A stretch of DNA of 64,000 bases from Nanobdellota archaeon (GTDB taxonomy: Archaea; Nanobdellota; Nanobdellia; Pacearchaeales; GW2011-AR1): assembly GCA_038045825.1 (NCBI GenBank), contig JBBSXJ010000004.1, positions 95,301 to 159,300 on the forward strand. The letters run 5' to 3'. The notes under the pieces are model-generated. The model ran no database searches and was not told the DNA's origin. It saw only the letters and a program-made list of their open reading frames with translations. A program made the translations under genes and the position numbers. Shown here piece after piece: positions 30,145 to 40,441 of this stretch (its first letter is position 1; each line of letters opens with the position of its first letter).

Positions 30145-33100
30145 ATGAGGCAGAGTGTAGACTTTTTTATATTTGTTTTTTTTGTTGCTTTTTGTTCTTT
30201 TGTTTTATTTTTTGGGTCGAACAAAACTCATAGCTTCTTTGATGTTGATGGGACGATCACAGGCAAAGTTATTGAAGAAGATTTTCTTCTTAATATCTCA
30301 GATCTTAGAACTTTCCCTAAAATATATATTGGCTCATCGTGTAAAATTGAAAAAATTTCATCTAGTGTTAATTCTGTTCGGATTGGAGATGTTGTTCATT
30401 TTGAGGTTTTAGGGAAAAATTGCGATGGTTATAGAGTAGATTTTGAGATTTTTGAAAAAGATATTTTATTTGATGATCATATAATTGATCTTCAAAGTGG
30501 TTTTGAAAATGGTGTTGCTTCATTTGACTGGAAAGTTACTGATGAAGTTTTAATTTTATCTGATGAGTCTATAGAAGACTCCAGACTTGAAATTTATTCC
30601 ATTGTCCATCTTAGCTCTTCTCCTATTTATTCTAATAATTTGGTTTCTGAGAAAATTTATCTTTTTTATGATGGCTATATACCTTTATCTCCATCTGGCG
30701 GGTCTGGGCCCGAAAGTGTTCAATGTTCTTCAATTACTAGACATGGTATTACATGGACTTTTTCACAACCTAGGGAATGTGGACAATTTGTTAATGGAGA
30801 TTGGTGGGTTCTTGGTCCTGTGACTATTACTTCAGTTTCACCTGGACAAATATCGGGTAGGCATGGCTCATGGTTGAATCCACTTGCTAATCTTCCCAGT
30901 CCAGGTGGATACAGACACCCGTTTGATGATCGTGCTGCACAGTATGATCCTTCATTGAGGCCAACATTTCCTTTGACAGTTACACAACCAGGATCTTTAC
31001 TTTCTACTGCTAGTCATACAACCCCTAATAATTGTCCTTCTTGCTTTTTGCCTGATCCCCCTACAGCTTGCTCTGATCTTCTCTATGATACTAGCGAGGC
31101 TACGGTGCTTGATACTTGCAGTAAAACCACTTTACGTACTGCTGCAGTATTAACTATTCTTACTCAAGTACCTCCGGCAGATAGTTTTAGGCCAACTTAC
31201 TTTAGCACAGATAAAACTATTCGTTATAATAAAAATCAATTAGATTATTCTTTTTTTGGTAATTTGACTCCAACTCCATTAACACCTCCTTTGATTGAAG
31301 TTGAAAGATCTTTTGAAAGAGTAAATGTTCAAGTTATTCACTGGCCTACAGAATCGATTCAACCGTCTGAAAATGCAGTTGGATATGGCAGAGATTTTGC
31401 TGATGAAGTTAGCATTGCAGCTCTGTCTTTGAATTTGAATTATACTCAAGCACAAAAAGAAACTTTAGCGATACGTTTAGTTCAATTGGGTATTGATTTT
31501 AATGGTGCATTAGAATTGGGTATGGAATGGAATCCAAATGGAGGACATGGTAATGGGCGTTTTTTCCCTATTCTTCTTGCAGGACTTATGTTAAATGATT
31601 CAAGACTTTTGAATGCTACAACTTATCATCCTAGGTTTTTTAGTGAAAAAGGTCAAACATTTGCTGTAACTAATTATCCTCCAAATACTCCCTCTTCAGT
31701 TATTCCTCAATGTTCAGCTGGAGGTGTTAACTGCGGTCATGGAGGATATACTTCTGCAGATATAGGACTTCCTGACTTTGGGTTTTCTCACTGGACAGGT
31801 CCTATTGTTGATGCGAAAGATTGGTTTGGTGATTCTTATCGTCGTTGTTGTACTGCCAATGGATGGAATGGGTATATTTTAGCTTCGCATATAATGGGAG
31901 TTACTGATAGCTGGAATTATGATGTTCTTTTCCCTTATACTGATCGTTATATGGAAAATCCTTTGACTGCAGGATGGAGAAGCTGGCATCCTTGGCTTGA
32001 AGAAATGTGGGATACTTATCGTGCTAATTATAATCGAGAGTGGAATCCTAATGATCTTTGCACGGAAGGAACTAGGAGAAGTTGTGAAGAACAGAGAGGT
32101 GTTTGTTTTCAATCTCAAGAGACTTGCAAGTTTAAGAATTGGTGGGGATGCAGTGCGCCTACTTATTCTCCTACTACTTATATGACTCACAACTCAAATT
32201 ATCAGGTAACTGAAAATAGTTGTGATGGACTGGATAATGATTGTGATGGTCAAACTGATGAAGGGTGTGTACCTGGAAGTCCGCCTAACCCGCCTAGTGA
32301 TTTGAACGTTACTCCGGTAAGTTCTATACAATTAAGGCTGAATTGGAAAGACAATAGCAACAACGAAGATAAATTTGTTGTTCAAAGAAGGCAGTTACCT
32401 AATGGACTCTTTGCTAATTTATCTACTGCTTCTAACCTGCCTGCTAATACAGTTACATTTACTGATAATGGTTTGCCTGCAAGTACATCATTTGAATATA
32501 GAGTCTTGGCTGAGAATAGCATCGGAGTTTCAACTTGGTCTAATTCTGCGAGCAATACTACTAATCAAAGTGCTCCTAACACTCCTAGCGGATTAACTGT
32601 TATTCCAATTAACAGTTCTAGTTTGAGAATTAATTGGAATGATGTTGTAAATGAAAATGGATATACTTTACAATTTAAACTAGCGTCTGCTTCTATTTTT
32701 GTAAATGTTTTTGGAGCTGGAAGTTTGTCAGCTAACACAGTTAGCTTTACTCATAATGGACTCTTAAATAATACTTCTTACAATTACCAGATTCTTGCAT
32801 TTAATAGTGGAGGTAATTCTTCATTTTCTCAAATAGCTACTGGCACTACAAATCAAAGTGCTCCACTTGACTTTATAATTTCTAGAAACCCTATATCTGG
32901 ATCTGTACAAAGAGGGAATTCTGTTTCTACTACAGTTACTGCGACTTATACTTCTGGAGTTTCATCTGCTGTGGCATTTACTGCTACTAACTTATCTGCT
33001 GGAATTTCTGCATTGTTTAGTCCAATAAGCTGCACTCCTTCCAGCGGAAGTCCTTGCTCTTCTACTCTTACACTATCTGCTTCTTCTAGCGCTGCTTTGG

Positions 33101-34278
33101 TTTCTAATCAAAGTGTTATAATTACTGGGACAAGCGGAGCAGTTGTTAGAAATGTGAATTATAACTTGACTGTTTTGAGTGTACCTGTTTGCACTAATGG
33201 ACAGGTTAGAAATTGTCAAGAACAGAGAGGAGTTTGTCTGAATTCATTTGAGACCTGTACTCTAAATAACTGGCCTGGATGCAATTACAATTCTATTCCA
33301 GGATATGCTTCTGTTGAAACTGGAGTTGAATTGTGTCGTGATGGACTTGATAATGATTGCGATGGAACACAAGATATTGGCGGAGATTCTGGATGCCCTA
33401 TACCTCGTTACTCTAGATTTAATAATAATATTACAACTAATCTTTCTAATGTAAGTGATCTAACTAGAGTTGTTAACTTCTCTGTTGGAATTCCAAGTAT
33501 TGGTAGAATACAATATTTGAGCCAAGAGGTTTCTTTATGGAGACTTGTTAATGGAGTTTACCAGGCACTAGATCTTGATAATGCTATTGCTATTGCAAGA
33601 AATATAGTTGGAGTATATAGTGAAAGTTATAGTGAATTGAATCAAACTGCTAGAGTTACTTTCTATAACCTGAGTTATACTGATGCTCCTGTTCCTACTA
33701 TTCAAACATCTAATGGATTTAGTATATGCTCTTCATCTAGATGTTTGCCTTTGTCTTATTCCAATGGTGAATTTGTAATGACTACTGTTGGATTCTCTAA
33801 CTATAGTACTCAAGTTTCAACTTGTGGAGATTCATATTGTCATGTGTTAACTGAGACTTGTTCTTCTTGTAGTTCTGATTGTGGATCGTGTGGGACTGGT
33901 TCTAGTTCTGGAGGATCATCTGGTGGTAGTTCTGGAGGAAGCGGTGGACCTCCTAGCAGATCTAGTACTTTAGTTACTCAATGCAATGATGGAGTTGATA
34001 ATGATGGTGATGACTTAGTTGACTATCCTGCTGATTTAGGCTGCTTGAATGCTAATGATAATATAGAACTTGATGAAATTATATTGGAATCTGAAGACTT
34101 CTCTGAAGAACCAGAGACCTTAACTCTTAGACCCAGAGATATAGGAATAGGATTTGTATTTTGGGTTGTTTTAATAGTTTTAATTTTGGGGATAATAGTT
34201 GTCGGAATAATAATAGCTAGTCATGTTCATAAGAGAAAGAAGTTTAGTGAATATATTAAGACAATAAATAAAAATTAG
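30145..34278 (+). CDS. Giant membrane-anchored surface protein 2 (unassigned ~440-aa globular domain, Cys-rich motifs, 2x FN3, Ig-like)
   Basis: N-terminal TM, CEEQRGVC..SQETC, CDGLDNDCDG, FN3, Gly/Ser linker, TQCNDGVDND, C-terminal TM followed by KRKK. Confidence 0.85.
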   Translation: MRQSVDFFIFVFFVAFCSFVLFFGSNKTHSFFDVDGTITGKVIEEDFLLNISDLRTFPKIYIGSSCKIEKISSSVNSVRIGDVVHFEVLGKNCDGYRVDFEIFEKDILFDDHIIDLQSGFENGVASFDWKVTDEVLILSDESIEDSRLEIYSIVHLSSSPIYSNNLVSEKIYLFYDGYIPLSPSGGSGPESVQCSSITRHGITWTFSQPRECGQFVNGDWWVLGPVTITSVSPGQISGRHGSWLNPLANLPSPGGYRHPFDDRAAQYDPSLRPTFPLTVTQPGSLLSTASHTTPNNCPSCFLPDPPTACSDLLYDTSEATVLDTCSKTTLRTAAVLTILTQVPPADSFRPTYFSTDKTIRYNKNQLDYSFFGNLTPTPLTPPLIEVERSFERVNVQVIHWPTESIQPSENAVGYGRDFADEVSIAALSLNLNYTQAQKETLAIRLVQLGIDFNGALELGMEWNPNGGHGNGRFFPILLAGLMLNDSRLLNATTYHPRFFSEKGQTFAVTNYPPNTPSSVIPQCSAGGVNCGHGGYTSADIGLPDFGFSHWTGPIVDAKDWFGDSYRRCCTANGWNGYILASHIMGVTDSWNYDVLFPYTDRYMENPLTAGWRSWHPWLEEMWDTYRANYNREWNPNDLCTEGTRRSCEEQRGVCFQSQETCKFKNWWGCSAPTYSPTTYMTHNSNYQVTENSCDGLDNDCDGQTDEGCVPGSPPNPPSDLNVTPVSSIQLRLNWKDNSNNEDKFVVQRRQLPNGLFANLSTASNLPANTVTFTDNGLPASTSFEYRVLAENSIGVSTWSNSASNTTNQSAPNTPSGLTVIPINSSSLRINWNDVVNENGYTLQFKLASASIFVNVFGAGSLSANTVSFTHNGLLNNTSYNYQILAFNSGGNSSFSQIATGTTNQSAPLDFIISRNPISGSVQRGNSVSTTVTATYTSGVSSAVAFTATNLSAGISALFSPISCTPSSGSPCSSTLTLSASSSAALVSNQSVIITGTSGAVVRNVNYNLTVLSVPVCTNGQVRNCQEQRGVCLNSFETCTLNNWPGCNYNSIPGYASVETGVELCRDGLDNDCDGTQDIGGDSGCPIPRYSRFNNNITTNLSNVSDLTRVVNFSVGIPSIGRIQYLSQEVSLWRLVNGVYQALDLDNAIAIARNIVGVYSESYSELNQTARVTFYNLSYTDAPVPTIQTSNGFSICSSSRCLPLSYSNGEFVMTTVGFSNYSTQVSTCGDSYCHVLTETCSSCSSDCGSCGTGSSSGGSSGGSSGGSGGPPSRSSTLVTQCNDGVDNDGDDLVDYPADLGCLNANDNIELDEIILESEDFSEEPETLTLRPRDIGIGFVFWVVLIVLILGIIVVGIIIASHVHKRKKFSEYIKTINKN

Positions 34279-34469
34279 ATTTTAGTGTTTCTAATCCTTT
34301 CTGCTATTCTAGACTTTTCTTCTTCTGAAATATCTTCTCTGAAAGGAACTCTTTCGTATTCAGATATTAAATGTCTTAGACTTCCTTTGCTAGGAAGAAC
34401 ATGAATATGTACATGTTCTTGAGTACTATTTGCTCCACTATTAATATGTATATTTGGAGAGTCAGGATG
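34275..34469 (-). pseudogene. HIT-family protein 3' remnant
   Basis: HPDSPNIHINSGANSTQEHVHIHVLP...* contains the HxHxH triad; no start, in-frame TAA immediately upstream. Confidence 0.8.
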
Positions 34470-34534
34470 TTAAAGAATCTGGAAAATTAGTCGGAGTTAT
34501 AACAAAAGCAGATGTTATTAAGTGCTTGAAGTAA
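34469..34534 (+). pseudogene. CBS-domain protein 3' remnant
   Basis: VKESGKLVGVITKADVIKCLK* matches the CBS consensus GKLVG(I/V)IT..D. Confidence 0.7.
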
Positions 34535-34567
34535 AAGTTTAAATACTACTTAATACTACCTAGTAGT

Positions 34568-34795
34568 ATGGAAAACATTAGCCTAAAACTTGAAAGAAAC
34601 TTTTTGGATGCTATAACAAAGGTGATGAAGAGGCATAATTATACTACTAAGACTGAATTTATTAGAGAATCTATTCGCGATAAAATAAGAAGACTTGAGG
34701 AAAAAGAAATACTTGAGGATAAAGATATGATGGCACAAATCAGGGCTAGTGAGAGGAACATGAAGAAAGGTAAAGTTAAAAAATTTATTTATTAA
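34568..34795 (+). CDS. Ribbon-helix-helix (CopG-type) protein, probable antitoxin
   Basis: ISLKL...L..I......YTTKTEFIRESIR; antitoxin-like C-terminus; upstream IR ATACTAC-CTA-GTAGTAT. Confidence 0.8.
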   Translation: MENISLKLERNFLDAITKVMKRHNYTTKTEFIRESIRDKIRRLEEKEILEDKDMMAQIRASERNMKKGKVKKFIY

Positions 34796-35049
34796 TAAAT
34801 TTTATGGGTTCCTACTGCTTGTATGACTATATATTTTAATTCTTCTTTGATAACATAAACTGTTCGTATATTTGAGCCTAACCAGCATGCCCATTTGCCC
34901 TTTAAATCTCCATGAAGTTGGTGAGCTCCATTTGCTCTTCTTGGATTTTCTTTTAGTCTATCTAACTTGTAAGTTATGTCATTTCTTAGGGCCATATATT
35001 TTTGTAATTTTTTCTCCACTTTTGAGTTCGCAGTTGCTATTTCGTACAT
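34792..35049 (-). CDS. RelE/ParE/YoeB-superfamily toxin
   Basis: LKENP....HQLHGDLKGKW......IR.VY.I......I..VGTH.IY. Confidence 0.82.
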   Translation of the reverse strand: MYEIATANSKVEKKLQKYMALRNDITYKLDRLKENPRRANGAHQLHGDLKGKWACWLGSNIRTVYVIKEELKYIVIQAVGTHKIY

Positions 35050-35186
35050 TTTTGTTTAGATTTATGAGTTAATTGGCTTAAACTACTTTTTTGTTACGCT
35101 TATTTTGTTACGAAAATATAATTTTATGACACACACAATTATTTAAAGTGAAAATACAATAAGAAATCAATTATTTGAAAGGAGGT

Positions 35187-36293
35187 ATGAAAAAAGAACG
35201 AATGGTTTTAGATTTTGCAAAAGAAGCAATTGCAAATGCGTCCACACATAGCATCAATTTTGATGAACTTAGGGCTGGAAAAGCTAACATAAAAGTTTTT
35301 GGAGCTGGTGGTGCTGGTTGTAATACAATTACTTGGTTATTTAACAAAGGAATTAATGGAGCTACAATTTATGGCACTAACACAGACGCTCTTCACTTAA
35401 GCATTACAAAGGCTGATGAGAAAATCTTGATGGGAAAAGAGATTACTCGAGGTCTTGGTTGCGGAGGATGGCCTCAAAAGGGAAGAGAAGCTGCTAAGGA
35501 ATCTTTATCTGAACTTAAGAAATCAGTCAGCAATGCTGATATGGTATTCATTTGTGCTGGTATGGGTGGTGGAACAGGTACTGGATCTGCTCCAGTTATT
35601 GGTCAACTCGCAAAAGAGGCTGGCGCTGTAGTTATTGCAGTGGTCACAATGCCTTTTGAATGTGAGAAGGCTAGAATTGACAAAGCAGAATTTGGTTTAC
35701 AAGAGTTAAGAGAGGTTGTTGATACCGTCATAGTTATTGACAACAACAGACTTGTCGATATTGCTGGTAACTTGCCAATGGAACAAGCTTTCGCAGTTGC
35801 GAACGAGCTAGTAAGTACAATGATAAAAGGTATAGTGGAGACTATTACTTTGCCTTCATTGATCAACTTAGACTATGCTGACGTTTCAGCAATTATGAAG
35901 GGTGGTGACGTTGCAGTTATTGGAGTAGGTGAGTCTGATAGTAGCATGAGAGTTGAAGAGGCTGTAAGACAGGCTCTTACACATCCATTATTGGATGTAG
36001 ACTATCGTGGTGCCACAGGAGCTCTTATCCACATCACATGCGGACCTGACTTTAAGCTTGAGGAATTCTCTGGCGTAGGAAACTTAGTCACAGAAAACTT
36101 AAGCAGTGAAGCTCAAGTTATCATTGGTGCTAGAATTAACAAGGAATTCGGTTCTAAAGTGCGCGTCATTACAATTATGACAGGAGTTAAATCTCCATAT
36201 GTACTTGGAAAGGAAATATCCTCATCTGTTAATCAAGGACGCAATGCAGGAAAATCTGAAATGTCTGATTTAGGCATTGAGATATTCCGTTAA
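35187..36293 (+). CDS. ftsZ: Cell division protein FtsZ (FtsZ2-like)
   Basis: GAGGAGCN, GMGGGTGTG, IDNNRL, INLDYADV; GGAGG SD; start at 35187 or 35202. Confidence 0.96.
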   Translation: MKKERMVLDFAKEAIANASTHSINFDELRAGKANIKVFGAGGAGCNTITWLFNKGINGATIYGTNTDALHLSITKADEKILMGKEITRGLGCGGWPQKGREAAKESLSELKKSVSNADMVFICAGMGGGTGTGSAPVIGQLAKEAGAVVIAVVTMPFECEKARIDKAEFGLQELREVVDTVIVIDNNRLVDIAGNLPMEQAFAVANELVSTMIKGIVETITLPSLINLDYADVSAIMKGGDVAVIGVGESDSSMRVEEAVRQALTHPLLDVDYRGATGALIHITCGPDFKLEEFSGVGNLVTENLSSEAQVIIGARINKEFGSKVRVITIMTGVKSPYVLGKEISSSVNQGRNAGKSEMSDLGIEIFR

Positions 36294-36330
36294 TTGAGTA
36301 GATTTTATTTTTTTATTTTTTTATTCTTTT

Positions 36331-37308
36331 TTATAGAAGCCCATTTGGGAAAGGGGTAAATTTTATTTGATCTCTTTGAATATAGTATTTCATGTCTTTT
36401 ATTTTACCTTTAAACTTTTCCTGGATTCTTTTTAAAAAACTGTCCAATTCATCTATTGATTTGTATATGCAGTTAAATACTATTGAAAGTGAGTTTGCAC
36501 TTGTAAATGCATAAGTTATATTTTCATTATTCTTGATTAGATCTTCTACTGCATCAAAACCTAGTTTTGAGATGTTTTGGAAAGTTATTTTCCCAATGAA
36601 GGGCATATAGCCTAGTTTCTTATAATTTAGCATAGGGTGGTATTTTCTTATAATTAGGTTATTTTCTAGTGATTTCATTCTATATCTTACTACATCCCAT
36701 GTACTATCTACTCTTTCTGCTAATTCTATTAAGGAGATATTAGAATCTTTAGTTAATTCATAGATTATCTTTTTATCTAATTGGTCTAATTTAATATTTT
36801 TTGTATCTGGTTTTGAGAAGCTTTTGCCTTTTTCCAGGTTATTTTTGTTAAGGTCTTTAATCAAATGATTTATTCTAACCATTTTTGCAAAAATATCTAT
36901 TTCATAGAAATTTAGTCTTTCTCCAAAATATTCTCTTATTTGAAGTATTATTTTCTCCATGCTGAAGAAACCTTCTGCTATAAACTCTGCAAGGATATCA
37001 TATTCTCCTGAAATGGTTACAGCCCACATACAGAAGGGGTGATTTTTGAAATAGTCTGAGATCTCTGCATTTTTTGATAGGTCTTCATTGAACTTGAAAA
37101 GTACTGTAAATGTGTTAAAACCTAATTTTTCAAGATTAACATTACAAGTGAATGCTGAGATAATTTCCTTTTCTAAGAATTTTTTTATTTTATTATTGAC
37201 TGTATCCTTACTTACTGCTAATTTCTTTGCTAGTTGGCTATTCGACATTCTACTATCTAGATAGAGTAATTCTAGTAAATTCTCATCTTTCTTGTCTAAA
37301 ATCTCCAT
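36331..37308 (-). CDS. Tandem-duplicated Lrp/AsnC family regulator
   Basis: Two HTH+RAM units: LDKKDENLL..L..DSR and LDQLDKKII..L..DS. Confidence 0.88.
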   Translation of the reverse strand: MEILDKKDENLLELLYLDSRMSNSQLAKKLAVSKDTVNNKIKKFLEKEIISAFTCNVNLEKLGFNTFTVLFKFNEDLSKNAEISDYFKNHPFCMWAVTISGEYDILAEFIAEGFFSMEKIILQIREYFGERLNFYEIDIFAKMVRINHLIKDLNKNNLEKGKSFSKPDTKNIKLDQLDKKIIYELTKDSNISLIELAERVDSTWDVVRYRMKSLENNLIIRKYHPMLNYKKLGYMPFIGKITFQNISKLGFDAVEDLIKNNENITYAFTSANSLSIVFNCIYKSIDELDSFLKRIQEKFKGKIKDMKYYIQRDQIKFTPFPNGLL

Positions 37309-37432
37309 TATTTATCTTTATATTAAATAATATATAAATATTTCTATATATTGCTAATAATTTCAAACAAAGTTTTAGATATATATTATCGTTACTACTT
37401 TTAAGGAACTGTCTTTACAGACAACAAAAAAC

Positions 37433-38347
37433 ATGGCTAAAAAAACAGAAAAAACAGAAAGAAAATACCAGTTACTTGGAGCTAGAGTAGTAGAAACTCC
37501 AATAATTGGACCATTAAGGTACGATGAAGTTGGAAGACCTCTTCTAGAGAGTCTTAACCTTCAATTTGGACATGTAAGCGGATTGAGAGATTCCAAAAAG
37601 TATAATCCAGGAGATGTTTTAGAAGGCAATTTTTTGAGGGCAGTTTTTTATGCTAGAGAATTAAGAAAAACTCAAGAAGGTGAAAAAGATCTTGGTTTGC
37701 GAGTTGCAACGGATGAAGACCTTGCTTTATATGGTTCACTTTTAGAACAAGAGGGTAAGGATTGGGATGCGCTGGCTTTCTCAAGCTCTGTAGTTGCTTA
37801 TCCCAATGCTGGGGTAGAGGATGAATCTTTCAGAAGAGACTTGTTAAGGATGAGAGAAAGTAAACTTCCGATGATAATTAGGAATCCTGAATTACAAGAC
37901 GTTCGCAGATCTTTAGGATATGGGAATAGGGTTATTATATTAAAGAGCGGTCCTGCTACAACTTTTACTGAAGCTTCTTGGATGGCTGTTCCACTAAGGG
38001 TGGCTGAATCAAGAGTATTTTTTGTGAATTATGATTCTGTTTTAAGAGAATATACTACCATGCCGGAGGCGAAAAGGGAATTTGCAGATGCAGTAGTAGA
38101 AGTAAACCAAGAACTTGAGGGCTTTTGTCCAATTACTCAATTTTACGATTGTGATGAAAACAGATTATTTGCTAGGGAGACTCCTCATTCTAAAGGGATA
38201 GTACCTATTATTCAAACACCTATTGATGATAGTCTTGATAAGATCCTTAAAGATATTCAATCTAAAAGAAAAAAACAAATTGAAGAAATTAAATCTCGTT
38301 GTGATAAGGCCATAAATTACATACATTCCGGAGAGAGAATATTTTAA
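37433..38347 (+). CDS. Hypothetical protein
   Basis: 304-aa ORF divergent from the Lrp regulator. Confidence 0.65.
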   Translation: MAKKTEKTERKYQLLGARVVETPIIGPLRYDEVGRPLLESLNLQFGHVSGLRDSKKYNPGDVLEGNFLRAVFYARELRKTQEGEKDLGLRVATDEDLALYGSLLEQEGKDWDALAFSSSVVAYPNAGVEDESFRRDLLRMRESKLPMIIRNPELQDVRRSLGYGNRVIILKSGPATTFTEASWMAVPLRVAESRVFFVNYDSVLREYTTMPEAKREFADAVVEVNQELEGFCPITQFYDCDENRLFARETPHSKGIVPIIQTPIDDSLDKILKDIQSKRKKQIEEIKSRCDKAINYIHSGERIF

Positions 38348-38417
38348 AATGAAAAACGCAAATAATTTCGCGAAAAAATCTCTCTTACATATAGATATGA
38401 AAGGAGGTAAAAGATAG

Positions 38418-38780
38418 ATGGATAGAAATAAAGATTTTGAAGATCCCGTAACACTAGTAACTTTAATACCTGCTGCTCTTATGGGGTTAGGTGCGATGGC
38501 TACCGGAGCATACTTAGGATATCAAAGGGCAGGATATCACACTTTTGATGATCCTCTTACTGGAACTTTGTTAAAGTTCCTACCTGCAGCTATCGGATCA
38601 GTTGTATGTGGTGCTGCGAATGGTTTGTGTTCATTAGTTGACTCTTTAAGGGGAAAGAATAAAAAAGGTTTAAGAAATGCTCTAGAATCTTCTTTAATCG
38701 AAACAGCTAAAGGAGCTATCTTGGGAGGTGCAGTAGGTGGTATAGGAACCTACATTGGATATCGTATGGGTACTTTGTAG
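38418..38780 (+). CDS. Hypothetical glycine-zipper-like membrane protein
   Basis: AAGGAGGT SD; GxxxG-rich hydrophobic segments. Confidence 0.65.
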   Translation: MDRNKDFEDPVTLVTLIPAALMGLGAMATGAYLGYQRAGYHTFDDPLTGTLLKFLPAAIGSVVCGAANGLCSLVDSLRGKNKKGLRNALESSLIETAKGAILGGAVGGIGTYIGYRMGTL

Positions 38781-38805
38781 GATAAACATTTTATTCTTTA
38801 TTTTT

Positions 38806-39444
38806 CTAGAATTGATGGGTCTTTCCATCTTCTAGAATTTGGAATTTAATTCCTTTAGGTTCGAGAATTGTTGCAGGTATTCTATGTACTGGTCCTGGTT
38901 GCTTTAGTATGCCTTCATGGACTGGAAAAGCTATTTTTGGTTTAAGTTCTAAAGCATAATCTATTGCTTCTTCTAGTTTCATCCATGGACCTGCTACAGG
39001 AAGAGCTAAAATTTCTACGTGCTTTTTTGGATTATGTAAAGAATCTCCAGGGTAAAATAATCTGTTTGCAATAAGGAAACCTGTATTGATACAAGGAACT
39101 GTTTTATACATAAGAGCATGGTCGTGGCCTATTGCTTCTATGGGTAGTCCTTTGAAGTCCATTTTATTTCCATCTTCTAATAAGTGGTAAACTGGTATAT
39201 TATTTGCTTCTAATTGTTTTCCTACTCCTTTATTTGTAATAATTACTAGACCTTTATCTTTTTTATTTGCTATAAGTTTCTTGACTGAGTCTATATGCAA
39301 ATGATCCATATGTTCATGTGTAATAATTACTGCATCTACTTCTAGATTTTCAAAACCAGAGGAGAAAGAACCAGGATCTGTTAGTAGTTTTACTCCCTTT
39401 TCTTCAATTAAGAGGCAACAATGTCCGTACTTTGTTATTTTCAT
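38806..39444 (-). CDS. Metallo-beta-lactamase fold hydrolase
   Basis: KYGHCC, TDPG, THEHMDH, PGDS, PVHE. Confidence 0.88.
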   Translation of the reverse strand: MKITKYGHCCLLIEEKGVKLLTDPGSFSSGFENLEVDAVIITHEHMDHLHIDSVKKLIANKKDKGLVIITNKGVGKQLEANNIPVYHLLEDGNKMDFKGLPIEAIGHDHALMYKTVPCINTGFLIANRLFYPGDSLHNPKKHVEILALPVAGPWMKLEEAIDYALELKPKIAFPVHEGILKQPGPVHRIPATILEPKGIKFQILEDGKTHQF

Positions 39445-39481
39445 TAAAACTTAATTCTTGTATTGTTTAATAGTTTTTGTA

Positions 39482-40051
39482 TTAATTAGTAGAAGGATCT
39501 TTATGCGGGTATGTTAGGGGTTTCTTCTTTTGGTCCCATTTTTCCCAGAATACTTTTGTTTCTAATTCATTTTTTCTTGCTTGTTTTTGTTTCTTGCTTT
39601 TAGAGTATCCTATTGGAATTATTGCTTCTATTTGCCATGATTCTGGTATTTTGAACTTTGTTTTGATTTCTCTTTCAGAGAAAGCTCCGACCCAACAAGC
39701 TCCTAAGCCCTGTTCTGTTATTGACAAAAGAAAGTTCTGAATTGCTGCTCCTGCCTGTTGTTTTCCATACATTTCTCCTCTATCTTGATATAATTGTTCA
39801 AGTCTTTTTGATTCTGAACAGATTATTACAACCCATTGAGATTCATTTATCCAATATTGTTGAGCGAATTCTGCAATATAATTTTTGTTTTCTTTTGTTT
39901 CTACTATAATAAATTTTAAATGGTTAATATTTCCAGCAAATGGTGCTTGATTTGCAGCATCTATTGCTTCTAATACTTGACCAAATTTAACTGGTTTATT
40001 TGAGAATTCTCTTACTGATGCCCTTTTTTCTATTGCTTCTTGTGTTTTCAT
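39482..40051 (-). CDS. Nitroreductase family protein
   Basis: AIEKRASVREF, APFAGN, GLGACWVGAF, IPIGY. Confidence 0.9.
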   Translation of the reverse strand: MKTQEAIEKRASVREFSNKPVKFGQVLEAIDAANQAPFAGNINHLKFIIVETKENKNYIAEFAQQYWINESQWVVIICSESKRLEQLYQDRGEMYGKQQAGAAIQNFLLSITEQGLGACWVGAFSEREIKTKFKIPESWQIEAIIPIGYSKSKKQKQARKNELETKVFWEKWDQKKKPLTYPHKDPSTN

Positions 40052-40085
40052 GTATTTATATCCAGTTTAATGTATAAAAAGATTG

Positions 40086-40409
40086 TTAATAAACAAATCC
40101 TACTGGAAGCATTGCTTCTAGATCTGCTCTTGTTTTATCTGGTGATTTTCTATAAGTTCTTTTGTTACCTTCGCTTGAAGAATATGTGTCATTAAATTCA
40201 ATAAAACCGTTACTCCTTAAAAAATCTAATTTTAATTCTTGACTAAATGTACTTGGACTTCTTAAATAGAAAAGTATCCTTTTGAGAAGACCTTTAGGTG
40301 CAGTACTTGGTAAACCTCTTGCACTAGCTATTCTTCTTGTTAATTCATCTTCTGTTATGCTGTTATAATCTAGACAATCGTATACTTCAGTTAGTTTTAC
40401 TCTTGACAT
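40086..40409 (-). CDS. Hypothetical protein
   Basis: 107-aa ORF with upstream TATA-like element. Confidence 0.55.
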   Translation of the reverse strand: MSRVKLTEVYDCLDYNSITEDELTRRIASARGLPSTAPKGLLKRILFYLRSPSTFSQELKLDFLRSNGFIEFNDTYSSSEGNKRTYRKSPDKTRADLEAMLPVGFVY

Positions 40410-40441
40410 ATTTTAATCATTTATTATCTGTTTTTAAATAT

